Below are positions 31,301-41,382 of a DNA stretch of 64,000 nucleotides, piece by piece. A model generated the notes under the pieces. That model was not told the origin of the DNA. It made no database searches and worked only from the letters and a program-made list of their open reading frames with translations. Each line of letters opens with the position of its first letter. Within the stretch, counting starts at the first letter, position 1. The stretch comes from Ostreococcus lucimarinus (Eukaryota), in the NCBI GenBank assembly GCA_000092065.1, contig CP000582.1. The stretch is one strand, 5' to 3'. The position numbers and the translations under genes are program-made.

Positions 31301-31727
31301 CGTCCATCGTTCCGCTCACGCTCGCTCGGATCTCTTCCTCGCTCTGCGGCGCTCGCTCAAAGTATTGTTCCATCGCCGCCGTCGCCCGGCGTCCGACGCC
31401 TAAATCAAACAAATCCTCCGCATCCTCCGGCACGTACGCGTCCGCCTTCGTCACGTGCACCCTGCGCTCCGCGCCCTTCCCGTACGACTTGCTCTTCAGC
31501 CCGATCTTCTTGCACTCGGCGTGGACGACGGCGCGGAAGTGATTATCGACGTCGGACGGGAAGATGAGTTCCGTCTCGCTCGCGTCGCGTCGAAACGCGT
31601 CCAGGGCGTCGGTGATGTGAATGCGCGCGAGCTCGCCCACGGGGCGCACGAACGTTCGCGAGGCGCCTCGACCGGCGGCGCCGGGAGGGGCGCGACCGCG
31701 GCCTCGACCGCGGCCTCGACCGGACAT
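28230..31727 (-). CDS. DEAH-box RNA helicase with N-terminal R3H domain and ankyrin-repeat insertion (YTHDC2-like architecture, no YTH domain), RGG-rich C-terminus
   Basis: R3H-like SYGKGAERRVHVTK; GSTGCGKTTQVPQYVLDD (motif I), IIDELHERD (motif II DExH), SATMRE, FLPGWDEI, TNIAETAVTIDDVVFVIDSG, QRRGRAGRVRPGECYRVYS; ankyrin-like insert (LMAAAGKGRQMEVSQLLGLGASPAMRSTDGSNAADWADKFGHVELADAL) between the RecA domains; HA2/OB region; C-terminal GGGRGGGGRGDGGRGG. First ATG after the microsatellite at 31727 (MSGRGRGRG); alternative ATG at 31865 would translate the microsatellite. Confidence 0.75.
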
Positions 31728-31810
31728 TCGATGCGATGTCACGGCGAGGCGCAATGTGAGGTTTGTCGAATCTGTCTGAACGCGTCGGTTTCTTGCGTTG
31801 CAATGGCGAC

Positions 31811-31862
31811 TATATCGTATATCGTGTATATCGTGTATCGTGTATATCGTGTATATCGTGTG
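31811..31862. repeat. Imperfect (GTATATCGT)n microsatellite in the helicase 5' flank
   Basis: tatatcgtatatcgtgtatatcgtgtatcgtgtatatcgtgtatatcgtgtg. Confidence 0.8.
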
Positions 31863-31877
31863 CATCGCGCGTTCACG

Positions 31878-34499
31878 TTATCTGTCTTCGTTCATTCTCT
31901 CCTGGATGTTGTCGCGCGCCCAGGCGGCGTCGCGGCGAAGCGCGTCGTCGGGCGAGCTCGCGCACTCGCTTAAAAATTGATTCCAAAACGGCTTTTGCGC
32001 GAACACCGGACCGACACCGCGGAAACAATTGGCGATGTCGCCCAACACGCCCACCATGGACCGCGTGACGGTGGAGTCGCAGTTGGGGTCCTTGGAGACG
32101 GCCTCGATGAAATCGACGACGAAGGGTACGTGCTCGCGAATACCGTTGAGCTTGGACGCGTCCATGGATTCCAGTTTTAAGCCTTGAAGAATACCCGCGT
32201 ACGCTTCAAAAATACCGTTACGAAGCTCGTTGTTGTAGTCAACCATTTCCTCGTCGTCTGGGTTGGTGTTGGCTGATAATTGCATCGCGCTTTGCAACAT
32301 GCCGACGACGTAACTGAGAAACTTTTCAAACGACGCGCCCGTCGCCAAGGCGAGGTCGCCGAAGCACGAAAGAATCGGCGGCTTGACGCTTCGGTGGAGC
32401 TTCTCGCTTCCCAGATCGCGAAGGAGCAAGTACACGATGGGTTCGCAGTACGGCTCGATCTTGTCGTCCAACGCGCGGCAAATATCGCCGACTACGCCCA
32501 CCGTCACCGCGCACACTTGGTGCTCTTCGTGGTTTTCTAATCCTAACTTGACGTACGGGATGAAGGCATCCATGTACTTGATGAAGTTTTCGCCGACAGC
32601 GTAAGCTAACGCACCGACGGCGAGCATGGCCTCTTCATGCACCGTCGATGAACGGCAGCTAAACACGCTGAGGAACGCGTGCATCAAGCTGTCCGCGTGC
32701 GCGAACAACGTCTGCTCCTTGGTTTCCTGCGAAGCCGCGCCCAACACCTGGATGATGACTTGTAAGGTACCGCACAACAGCGCCTGCGCGTCGGCTTGCT
32801 TCTCGCGCATATCCGAACTCATCTGCTCTTGTCCAACCAACGTCGCACTGAGCTTCTGAAGCACGTGCGGGATGAGCTGTCCGACGGTGGGGTGATTCTC
32901 CTCCGTGGACGAGCGCAAAATCTCATTCATTGACTCGTAACACTCCATCTTCAACCCGACCTCGGCGTCGGGGCGCTCGCTCGTGATTAACAACGTCTGG
33001 ATGATGCTCTGGAAGTACGGCACCAGCGCACGGCGACCGGCATCGCTTTGCGAGATGGCCGAAACGAGGTTTTGCACGGACCAGCACACCTTGCCCGCCA
33101 CGTGCGGCACGTCCTTCAGCGACTCCATCATCGCCTGTAACACTTGCGGAAACGTCTGCGCGTCCACCATCGGGTGCTCGTCCGTGTGCACGAACTCGAA
33201 CACGCGCCCGATAGTCCAAGCCGTCGTGTCCTTGACGTGCGTGCTATCGTCCTTGAGCGCCATCACGAGCACCGGCAGCGCCTCCTTCGCGATGCCCCCC
33301 AAGTTCGCCGGGTTCGGGCCTTCCAAAATAGCCCCGAACGCAAACGTCGCCGCCTCGCGCTGGCGCCACTCGCTCGATCGAATGTTCGCTTGAATGTAAG
33401 CCATGACTTGCTCCACCACCGGATCTCGCACGAGCTGCGCGACGAGACCGAGGCAAATGCCCCCCGCCATGGCGAGGTTCCACGCGTTTTCGTCCTCGTC
33501 TTGGTCGTCCTCCTGCTTCGTGAGCTGTTCGAGCAACATCGGCACCAGCGCGCCGAGCGCGGTGGCGATAAAGTTGAACATCTTCACGTCCGTTTCTCCG
33601 CACTCGATCGCGTCTTGACGACCGATCTCTTCCTCGCAAATCGTGCTCCAAAATTCAATCGCTTGCAAGCCGACTTCGCTTTGATCTTGCTTGGCCGCCT
33701 TCACCGTCAACTCGTACACCGCCTCGATGTACGCCGCCATGTACTCGTAGTAATTCTCCGCGATCCCAACCAACACCTCAAACGCCGCGACGCGCACGCG
33801 CGCGTCCTCGCACGTCGTCGCCTCGCACACGCACTGCATGATGAAGTCGCGCTCTTGCGCCTTTTCAAAATTCTCGTGCGCAAAGTACAACGCGTTATTC
33901 AGCGCTTGCGTCGCCGCCAACCGCACGCCGACGTCCGTTTCCCCGCGTCCCATCGCGCTCACCACCGCCGTGAGCACCCCGTTCACGTCCGCTTGTTCCA
34001 AATCGTCCGCGTCCACCTCCTCGCACACGTACCCCAGCGCCTCCAGGCTCGCCTGCTTCGCGCCCGCGTCGCCCCCTCCCTGCGCCCCTCGCTGCAGGCT
34101 CGGTATCAAATCCGGCCACGCCTTTCGCGGCACCTCCGCGCCCGCGATCTTCGCCACCACCTGCGCCGCGACGCTCCTCACCGGCGCCTCGCCGCACGCT
34201 AAACATCCCCACGCCGCGCGTTTGATCTCCTCTCGCGTCGCCGCGTCTCGCGTCATCCATCGCTCTCGCAGCTCGCGCCGCTTCGCCTCGTCCTTCGCGT
34301 CCAGCGTGTTCTTAAGGATCACGCCCGCGAGCTGTCGCGTCGCGAGCGGCGCGCTCGCGCACGCGAGCTCGTCGACGAGCGCCTTGGCGTACGCGCCGGC
34401 GTCGGACGCCTCGGCGTGTTTGAGCGCATCCTCGGCGGCGACGCGCGCGGCGACGTCGGGCGACTGCGTCGCGGCGAGGATGGGCGTGATCGAGGTCAT
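31878..34499 (-). CDS. KPNB1: Importin subunit beta-1 (karyopherin beta)
   Basis: 873 aa, ATG at 34499. Importin-beta N-terminal domain (QSPDVAARVAAEDALK...LAGVILKN) and HEAT repeats throughout; size matches KPNB1 (876 aa). Confidence 0.85.
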   Translation of the reverse strand: MTSITPILAATQSPDVAARVAAEDALKHAEASDAGAYAKALVDELACASAPLATRQLAGVILKNTLDAKDEAKRRELRERWMTRDAATREEIKRAAWGCLACGEAPVRSVAAQVVAKIAGAEVPRKAWPDLIPSLQRGAQGGGDAGAKQASLEALGYVCEEVDADDLEQADVNGVLTAVVSAMGRGETDVGVRLAATQALNNALYFAHENFEKAQERDFIMQCVCEATTCEDARVRVAAFEVLVGIAENYYEYMAAYIEAVYELTVKAAKQDQSEVGLQAIEFWSTICEEEIGRQDAIECGETDVKMFNFIATALGALVPMLLEQLTKQEDDQDEDENAWNLAMAGGICLGLVAQLVRDPVVEQVMAYIQANIRSSEWRQREAATFAFGAILEGPNPANLGGIAKEALPVLVMALKDDSTHVKDTTAWTIGRVFEFVHTDEHPMVDAQTFPQVLQAMMESLKDVPHVAGKVCWSVQNLVSAISQSDAGRRALVPYFQSIIQTLLITSERPDAEVGLKMECYESMNEILRSSTEENHPTVGQLIPHVLQKLSATLVGQEQMSSDMREKQADAQALLCGTLQVIIQVLGAASQETKEQTLFAHADSLMHAFLSVFSCRSSTVHEEAMLAVGALAYAVGENFIKYMDAFIPYVKLGLENHEEHQVCAVTVGVVGDICRALDDKIEPYCEPIVYLLLRDLGSEKLHRSVKPPILSCFGDLALATGASFEKFLSYVVGMLQSAMQLSANTNPDDEEMVDYNNELRNGIFEAYAGILQGLKLESMDASKLNGIREHVPFVVDFIEAVSKDPNCDSTVTRSMVGVLGDIANCFRGVGPVFAQKPFWNQFLSECASSPDDALRRDAAWARDNIQERMNEDR

Positions 34500-34549
34500 C
34501 GTCGGCGTCGGCGCGAACGCGCGAGGGCCGACCGCGCGCGACGGTGTGC

Positions 34550-34775
34550 GGCGCGCGCGATCGATGCGATTGCGCGCGAATCGAAAATCATCAGCGTGAG
34601 CTCAAGGGTTAGTATTACGGGCTAACAGACGCGGCGGGCGCGGAAGACGCGCGCGACGGCGCGCGGCGCGCGCGATCGATGCGATCGAACGCGAATTGAA
34701 AATGAATGATTTTCAGGGTTACACCACTGCGGGCTAACAGACGTGGCAGCCGCAGAAGACGCGCGCGAGATCGCG
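34550..34775. repeat. About 114-bp tandem duplication spanning the ADH stop codon (2 copies)
   Basis: cgcgcgcgatcgatgcgat...gggctaacagacg(c/t)gg present at 34550-34663 and 34664-34775. The distal copy reproduces the last codons and stop of the ADH gene. Confidence 0.8.
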
Positions 34776-35984
34776 GACGACGCCGCGCGGCCCGAACGCG
34801 TTGCGGTCGTCGAGAACGAGTCTGGGAGGACCGGACGTGCGAAGGGCGTCGACGCGCCCGGCGCGGACGTCGGCGGCGAAGGCGGCGATGTCTAAGACGT
34901 AACGCACGCCGGAGTCGTTTCCAGAGTCGAGCGCCTCGTAAATCTCCGTCAGACGCGACACGGGTAAAATTTCCAACTCGGGGACGATGCCGTGCGCGGC
35001 GCACAGATCCATCACCTCCTGCGTCGCGCGAATACCGCCGATCGCCGAGGCGACGATCGGGCTGTTTTCGCCTCGCACGCCGCGCGCCACCATGCCCGAG
35101 ACGAGTCCCGCGTGTAAACCGAGCACGACTTGTTTCGCGCGCGGGCGTCCGCGTTCGCGTTTTTTGAGCAACTTTTGAAATCGCAGGTAATCGTGCGCCA
35201 CGGGCACGGTGTTCAAAATTAAATCCAGCGTCCCTCGCGCGCGACGCATCGCGTCCGCGTCCTCCGAGCTCGCGAACGCCGTCGCCCCGCATCGACGCGC
35301 CAAACTCCTCTTCGTCTCGCTTCGACTGAAGACCACCACCTCCGACGCGCCCATCGCGCGCGCGATCTTCACCGCCATGACCCCTAACCCCCCCAATCCG
35401 ACCACGCCGACCGCGCTTCCCGCGCCGACGCCGTATCGCTTCATCGGATCGTACACCGTCACCCCCGCGCACATCACCGGTCCCGCGGCTTCCATCGGAT
35501 ACGCCTTCGGCACTCGAATCCCGAACCGTTCGTCCACGACGTGATGCGTCGCGTACCCTCCCATCGTGCGCCCTCCCACCGGCCACGTCCCCGCGCGTCC
35601 GTGCTTATCCTCGTCGCCGTACGTCCCGACCATCCCCCGCGCGCACCGATGCTCGTCGCCCGCGCCGCACGCCTCGCACGCCAGGCACGCGTCCACGACG
35701 CACCCCACGCCGATTCGATCGCCGATCGCGAACCGCGTGACGCCGTCGCCGATCGCGACGACCTCGCCCGCGAGCTCGTGGCCCGGCACCGCTGGATACT
35801 CGGTCGCGCCGAGCGCGCGCCGCAGGTGCCCGGCGGCGGCGTGCACGTCGCTGTGGCACACGCCGCAGTGCGTGAGCTCGAGCAGGACGTCGCGCGCGCC
35901 GAGCGGGCGACGGTAAGCGTCGATCGGTTCGAATCGACACTTCGCGTCGCGCGTCGCCATGCAGACGCACGGCGTCGGAGGCAT
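34734..35984 (-). CDS. Zinc-dependent medium-chain alcohol dehydrogenase, cinnamyl/mannitol-ADH-like
   Basis: CGVCHSDVHAA (catalytic Zn), PAVPGHELAGEVVAIGDGV, structural-Zn Cys cluster, GLGGLGVMAVKIARAMGA (NADP Rossmann). ATG at 35984; alternative ATG at 35960 (MATRD). Confidence 0.8.
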   Translation of the reverse strand: MPPTPCVCMATRDAKCRFEPIDAYRRPLGARDVLLELTHCGVCHSDVHAAAGHLRRALGATEYPAVPGHELAGEVVAIGDGVTRFAIGDRIGVGCVVDACLACEACGAGDEHRCARGMVGTYGDEDKHGRAGTWPVGGRTMGGYATHHVVDERFGIRVPKAYPMEAAGPVMCAGVTVYDPMKRYGVGAGSAVGVVGLGGLGVMAVKIARAMGASEVVVFSRSETKRSLARRCGATAFASSEDADAMRRARGTLDLILNTVPVAHDYLRFQKLLKKRERGRPRAKQVVLGLHAGLVSGMVARGVRGENSPIVASAIGGIRATQEVMDLCAAHGIVPELEILPVSRLTEIYEALDSGNDSGVRYVLDIAAFAADVRAGRVDALRTSGPPRLVLDDRNAFGPRGVVRDLARVFCGCHVC

Positions 35985-36339
35985 CGCGACGGAACGATCG
36001 ACGCGCGGTGATGTGGCGCGACAGCGCGACGCGCGCGATGGGACGACGCGGACGAGGCGACGGGACGACGACGACGGCGCTCGCGGACGTCGTCGACGCG
36101 GTGCGCGAGCGCGAGCGAGGCGCGCGGAGGCGCGAAAGCGCGGCGAATGAATGGATTACGCGTAACGGTCGAACGAAGACTGACGACGACGCGACGACGC
36201 GACGACGCGGGCGCAGGTGGCGAGGAGCTACGCGAGGGATAGATCGCTGTGTGTGTCGTTCGCGGCGTGCGTGGGGGGCGTGGCGGCGTACGCGGCGCAT
36301 CAGACGGGGAAGGATGAGACGCGGGCGTTCGCGCGAGCG

Positions 36340-38331
36340 ATGCGCGCGGCGGCGGCGGCGGCGGCGCCGAGAGGACGCGAAAGAAGCGCGATGAAACGAG
36401 ACGAAGGCGCGACGTCGACGTCGACGGCTGATGAGGGTGGGACGGCGTCGAGCGCGTCGACGGCGGTGACGGCGACGGGGGGGTCGGGGGAGAAGAAGAA
36501 GAAGAAATCGACGCCGAGACGGAGATCCGCGGCGGCGGTGGACGCGACGTTCGCGAGGCGATTGAGGTTTTTGCTCGGGATCGTCGTGCCATCGTGGCGA
36601 AGCGAGGAGGCGTTTTTGTTGCTCACGCAGTCGTGCGCGCTCGTGTCGCGCTCGTTCATATCGTTGCGGATCGCGGAGAAGGGAGGGGACGGGATGCGCG
36701 CGGTGATGGAGCGCGATTGGCGCGAGGCGTCGTCGGTGCTGACGGACTTTTTCGTCTCGGGCGTCGCGGCGTCGGTGGTGAACTCGGCGCTCAAGTATTT
36801 GACCAATAGCATCACGACGTGCTTTCGCGAGCGGTTGACTCTGTACGTGCACGACGCGTATTTGTCGCATCGAGCGTATTACAAGGCGGCGGTGCTTCGA
36901 CACGGCGACTTGGACAACGCCGATCAACGCGTGGCGGAGGATTTGCACCAGTTCTGCGCCACGACGAGCGATTTATACGCGCGAACGTTCAAACCGCTTT
37001 TGGATGTGATTTTAAGCACGTCTCGAATGGCGCAGACGATGGGATACTCGGGGCTCTTCGTGTTGTACGCGTACTTTGGCCTCTCTGGCGCCGCGGTGCG
37101 AGCTTTTTCGCCGCCGTTCGGCGAGTACATCGCGCAGACGCAAAAGCGCGAAGGCGAGTTCCGCCGCGCGCACTCGAGGTTGATTCAACACGCCGAAGAA
37201 GTCGCCTTTCTCGACGGGAGCGCGCGCGAGAAGGAAATCTTAAACAAATCGTTGCACGAGGTGACGACGTGGAGTCACTTTTACTACTACTCTCAATTCA
37301 AGCAGGGCATCGTCGATCAATACGCGCTGAAATATTTTGCGTCAATGATCGGCTGGCCCGTGCTCGCGGTTCCGTTCATGTACTCTGACTTGAGCGCGAG
37401 CGAGATCGCGGCGAGGTACAAGGAGAACGACACCCTCATCAAGAGCGCGAGCGGCTCCATCGGAGATTTAATGTTGGTGTACAAAAAGCTCCAGCGTTTG
37501 GCTGGGTTCACCGCGCGAGTCACCGAGCTCATCGAGAGCGTAGACTCCGTGTCCGCCGAAGCGAGCACGGTTCAAGTCGCGGGCGAGGACGATGGAATCC
37601 ACTTCAAAGACGTCACCGTCTACGCGCCCGACGGCCGATTGCTGGTGAAGAATTTGAACTTGGACATCAATCCGGGCGAGAGCGTCTTCATCACCGGCGC
37701 GAACGGCGCGGGGAAGACATCAATCTTCCGCGTTCTCGCCGGCCTGTGGCGCGCGGCTTCCGGCAGCGTCGTTCGCCCGTCCCACGGTTTGGCCACGACG
37801 GCGGACGGCGACGCCGCCATCTTTTACGTCCCCCAGCGCCCGTACTTGGTCTCCGGTACGCTTCGAGACCAAGTGATGTACCCGCTGGCCGGCGATGACG
37901 AACGCGACGACGAAGTGCTGGAGTGTTTGCAGCTCGCAAACTTGATGAAAGTCGTGGATGCGAGCGAAGGCGGTTTGAGCAGAGTCGAGCACGATTGGAC
38001 CGACGTCTTGAGCGGCGGCGAAAAGCAACGCATCGGTTTGGCCAGGCTGTACTTCCATCGACCCACGTTTGCCATCCTGGACGAGGCCACGAGCGCGATC
38101 AATCCAGACGAAGAAGGTTTGCTCTACGCGCACATAGAAACTCTCGGCATCACCGCGTTCAGCATCGCCCATCGCTTGGAGCTCAAGCGCTTCCACGCCA
38201 TGCACTTGCACTTGGCCGCCGACGGTTCGGGGCGTTGGTCGCTCAAGAATCTCCGCCGCACGAGCTGGAACCTCGATTCGATGAACTCTCTCACCGACAA
38301 TCTCCGTCGGTCGATCTCGTTGCCCCAGTGA
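36340..38331 (+). CDS. Peroxisomal-type ABC half-transporter (ABCD family, PMP70/ALDP-like)
   Basis: N-terminal TMD collinear with ALDP (FARRLRFLLGIVVPSW..., EGEFRRAHSRLIQHAEEVAF); Walker A GANGAGKTS; signature LSGGEKQRIGLARLYFHRPTFAILDEATSA. ORF start 36217 is GTG; first ATG 36340. Confidence 0.8.
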   Translation: MRAAAAAAAPRGRERSAMKRDEGATSTSTADEGGTASSASTAVTATGGSGEKKKKKSTPRRRSAAAVDATFARRLRFLLGIVVPSWRSEEAFLLLTQSCALVSRSFISLRIAEKGGDGMRAVMERDWREASSVLTDFFVSGVAASVVNSALKYLTNSITTCFRERLTLYVHDAYLSHRAYYKAAVLRHGDLDNADQRVAEDLHQFCATTSDLYARTFKPLLDVILSTSRMAQTMGYSGLFVLYAYFGLSGAAVRAFSPPFGEYIAQTQKREGEFRRAHSRLIQHAEEVAFLDGSAREKEILNKSLHEVTTWSHFYYYSQFKQGIVDQYALKYFASMIGWPVLAVPFMYSDLSASEIAARYKENDTLIKSASGSIGDLMLVYKKLQRLAGFTARVTELIESVDSVSAEASTVQVAGEDDGIHFKDVTVYAPDGRLLVKNLNLDINPGESVFITGANGAGKTSIFRVLAGLWRAASGSVVRPSHGLATTADGDAAIFYVPQRPYLVSGTLRDQVMYPLAGDDERDDEVLECLQLANLMKVVDASEGGLSRVEHDWTDVLSGGEKQRIGLARLYFHRPTFAILDEATSAINPDEEGLLYAHIETLGITAFSIAHRLELKRFHAMHLHLAADGSGRWSLKNLRRTSWNLDSMNSLTDNLRRSISLPQ

Positions 38332-38398
38332 AATATAATTGTAAAAATACAAAATCGATCCGCTACGCGTTTCGATCGCTACGTCGTCGCGTCGTCGT

Positions 38399-38887
38399 CT
38401 ATCCCTCGTCATCATCGCCCTCCACCAATTCAAAAGCCGCCAGCCCGTGCCCGTGCCCCGCGAACGTCTCTTTCTCCCCCTTCCCCGTTCGTTTCCGTTT
38501 CCGCGCCCCCGTTTCGGGCGTCTTCCCGTCTTCGTCGTCGTCCGCCGCGCGCGCCCTCGCGCCGTCGCGACACCCCGCGCACAAATCGAACGCGTCTCCC
38601 CTCAGCTCGCACACGACGCACGACCAGCGCGCGCGTCCCGGCAGTATGTACAGCCCGCATCCATCGCACGTGCGCGGGAGCTCCCAGACGTCGCCGCGAT
38701 CGACGCGCGCGTCGGCGACGCCGATGGTTCGTTCGAGCTCGGCGTCGAACGACACCGCGCGCGCGCGCCGCGGCGCCGCCGCGCGCGACGGCGCGGCGTC
38801 GAGCGCGCGCGCCGCCTTCGTCGCCGTCGTCGCCGCCGCGCGCGCGTCGCGCGTCGCGCGCGCGCGGACGACGCGCGTCGACGCCAT
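38399..38887 (-). CDS. Small ZZ-type zinc finger protein, about 162 aa
   Basis: CDGCGLYILPGRARWSCVVCELRGDAFDLCAGC matches the ZZ-finger consensus (CxxC...C..C...DLC..C). First ATG 38887. Sits between ABCD (convergent) and SUV3 (divergent). Missed if only large ORFs are considered. Confidence 0.45.
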   Translation of the reverse strand: MASTRVVRARATRDARAAATTATKAARALDAAPSRAAAPRRARAVSFDAELERTIGVADARVDRGDVWELPRTCDGCGLYILPGRARWSCVVCELRGDAFDLCAGCRDGARARAADDDEDGKTPETGARKRKRTGKGEKETFAGHGHGLAAFELVEGDDDEG

Positions 38888-38982
38888 CGACGCGCCGCGC
38901 TCTGACGGCACTGCGCGTCGCGTCGCGCCGCGCGTCGTCGTCCGCGCGCGACGCGCGCGCGCGCGCGCGTCGGACGATCGAC

Positions 38983-41265
38983 ATGGCGCTCGCGCGCCGC
39001 GCGATGGCGCGCGCGATGGCGCGCGCGCGCGACGGCGTCGCGGCGACGATGGCGCGCGGAGGCGCGACGGCGACGACGACGGCGACGACGCGGTCGGACG
39101 ACGCGACGCGCGCGCGCGACGCGCGAACGATGGCGTCCGCGGCGTGCTCGACGTCGAGCGCGGCGTCGGCGGGACGCGCGCGCGCGGCGGCGGCGGGACG
39201 GTGGAACGCGGCGCGCGGCGACGGCGCGAACGCGCGCGGGGCGACGTTCGCGACGTCGAGCGCGGCGGCGCGCGCGAGGTCCGCGGGCGATGCGGGCGCG
39301 AAGGACGCGCGGGGTGGCGCGCGGAGAGCGCGAGCGTCGATGACGCCGGAGATTCAGCGGTTGTTGGACATGCGCGATCCGGCGGCGGCGTATCCGCTCG
39401 CGAGGTCGATGCGGCGAGAGATTACGCTGCACGTGGGGCCGACGAACAGTGGGAAGACGTACGCCGCGATGCAGCGGTTGAAGCGGGCGGGGAGTGGGGT
39501 GTATTGCGCGCCGTTGAGGTTGCTGGCGTGGGAGATTTCAGAGAATATGAATAGAGAGGGGGTGCCGTGCACGCTCGTCACGGGGCAGGAGCGGCGCGTG
39601 GCGCCGAACGCCTCGCACGATAGTTGCACGGTGGAGATGTCGGATCTGTCCAAGGTCATGGACTGCGCGGTGATTGATGAGATACAACTGCTGAGTGACC
39701 CACTTCGAGGGTACGCGTACACGCGCGCGTTGCTGGGGTTGCCCGCGTTGGAGCTGCACCTGTGCGGCGATCCTCGCGTGGTGCCGTTGGTGCGACGCAT
39801 CGTCAAGTCGACGGGGGATTTATTAGTGGTCAAAGAGTACGACAGATTGTCGCCGTTAGAAGTCTCGCGCGATATCGTCAAGAGTGTGAAGGACGTGCGC
39901 AAGGGTGACGCGTTCGTAGCTTTCAGCCGAAGCGCGGTGTACGATTTGAAGCGCGAGTTGGAACAGAAATCGCCGCACCGAGCGTGCGTCATTTATGGAG
40001 GTTTGCCGCCGGAGACGCGCTCGAGGCAAGCTGAGCTGTTTAACAAGCCCGATAGCGGCTACGACGTTCTCATCGCGTCCGATGCGATCGGGATGGGCTT
40101 GAATTTGAACATCAAGCGCGTGATTTTTACGACAATGTCCAAATTCGACGGAAGCGAGATGCGCAAACTGGCGGGGCCCGAGACGAGACAAATCGCCGGT
40201 CGTGCGGGACGATACGGTCTCAACTACGCGGACATGGGGATCGTGACGACGACGAAAAAGGCTGACTACGACTTGCTCGCGGCGGCCCTTGAAGGCGAGC
40301 TGGAGCCGTTGACTCAAGCCGGTCTCGCGCCGTCGCTCGAGCAAGTAGAAGAGTACTGCGAGCTTCGCCCGGAGGCGGGTCTCGTCGGCGCCTTGCAAGC
40401 GCTGAGCGACTCGGCCAAGTTGGCGCCGCACTTTCGCATGCGAGATATGGAAGAATCCATCGCCGTGGCGAAATTGTTGGAAAAGCTTCCGCTCACGCTG
40501 GCTGATCATTTCTTGTTTTCCATCGCGCCAGTCGACATTCGCGATTCCATGGTCGTGAACGCGATGATGAAGTTTGCGCGCGTGTTTTGCACGCACGGAC
40601 GCGCAGGCGTGCGTCTGATTTCGCTGCCTCCCGCGCGCACGCCCACGGCGCCGCATGAGTTACAAAAGCTTGAAAGCGCGCACAAGTGCCTCGACTTGTA
40701 CTTGTGGCTCGCCAGACGTCTGCCGAACGCATTTCCAGAAGAGAACCTGGCCGACGCTTACCGCACCGCCACGGCGACGGCGATCAGTGCAGGGCTGCAG
40801 TACCTGTCGTTGCTCTCGCAAAAGCGCTTAGCGCGCGCGAAGCAGCGACGTAGAGGTTTCTCCGCGACGACTGAGACTGCCGATTCGCTCGCGACGCCGG
40901 TCGTGGACGCCCTGCACCCCAGCGCAGTCCACGACGCTTTCACCGCAGTCCTCCGCGCCACGAAAGACGTCGAGGACGAGCGCGAGCGCGCCGGTCTCGC
41001 TCGCATTGACGCCGCCGAGCGCAAGGCCGCGTCCTCCGCCGAGTCCGCGTGGACACGCAACGCGCAGCGAAAGCCCGCGCAGCGAAAGCCCGGAAAAGTC
41101 CACATCCTTCGCGACACCAAGCCTTCGCCGAAAAAAACGACGAAACTGTCGACCACGAAATCCATCGCGCGGGACGCCTCGAGCGCCGAGCGCGCCGAGT
41201 CACCACCACCGTCGCCGTCGCCGCGTCGCGCCGCCGCGTCGCACCTCAAACCGAGCTGGTTGTAA
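38983..41265 (+). CDS. SUV3: SUV3-like mitochondrial ATP-dependent RNA helicase
   Basis: ATG 38983; R/A-rich presequence; ITLHVGPTNSGKTY (motif I), VIDEIQLL (motif II), collinear with SUPV3L1 including the C-terminal domain. Confidence 0.8.
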   Translation: MALARRAMARAMARARDGVAATMARGGATATTTATTRSDDATRARDARTMASAACSTSSAASAGRARAAAAGRWNAARGDGANARGATFATSSAAARARSAGDAGAKDARGGARRARASMTPEIQRLLDMRDPAAAYPLARSMRREITLHVGPTNSGKTYAAMQRLKRAGSGVYCAPLRLLAWEISENMNREGVPCTLVTGQERRVAPNASHDSCTVEMSDLSKVMDCAVIDEIQLLSDPLRGYAYTRALLGLPALELHLCGDPRVVPLVRRIVKSTGDLLVVKEYDRLSPLEVSRDIVKSVKDVRKGDAFVAFSRSAVYDLKRELEQKSPHRACVIYGGLPPETRSRQAELFNKPDSGYDVLIASDAIGMGLNLNIKRVIFTTMSKFDGSEMRKLAGPETRQIAGRAGRYGLNYADMGIVTTTKKADYDLLAAALEGELEPLTQAGLAPSLEQVEEYCELRPEAGLVGALQALSDSAKLAPHFRMRDMEESIAVAKLLEKLPLTLADHFLFSIAPVDIRDSMVVNAMMKFARVFCTHGRAGVRLISLPPARTPTAPHELQKLESAHKCLDLYLWLARRLPNAFPEENLADAYRTATATAISAGLQYLSLLSQKRLARAKQRRRGFSATTETADSLATPVVDALHPSAVHDAFTAVLRATKDVEDERERAGLARIDAAERKAASSAESAWTRNAQRKPAQRKPGKVHILRDTKPSPKKTTKLSTTKSIARDASSAERAESPPPSPSPRRAAASHLKPSWL

Positions 41266-41382
41266 CCGATAGACAGATAGGTAGATCGAACGCCCGTCGC
41301 GTCGCCGCGCGACGGGTGCGCGTTAACGAACGCGGTCGCGACGCTCCACCGCGTTCTCGGCGCCAATCGACGTCGCGCGGCG

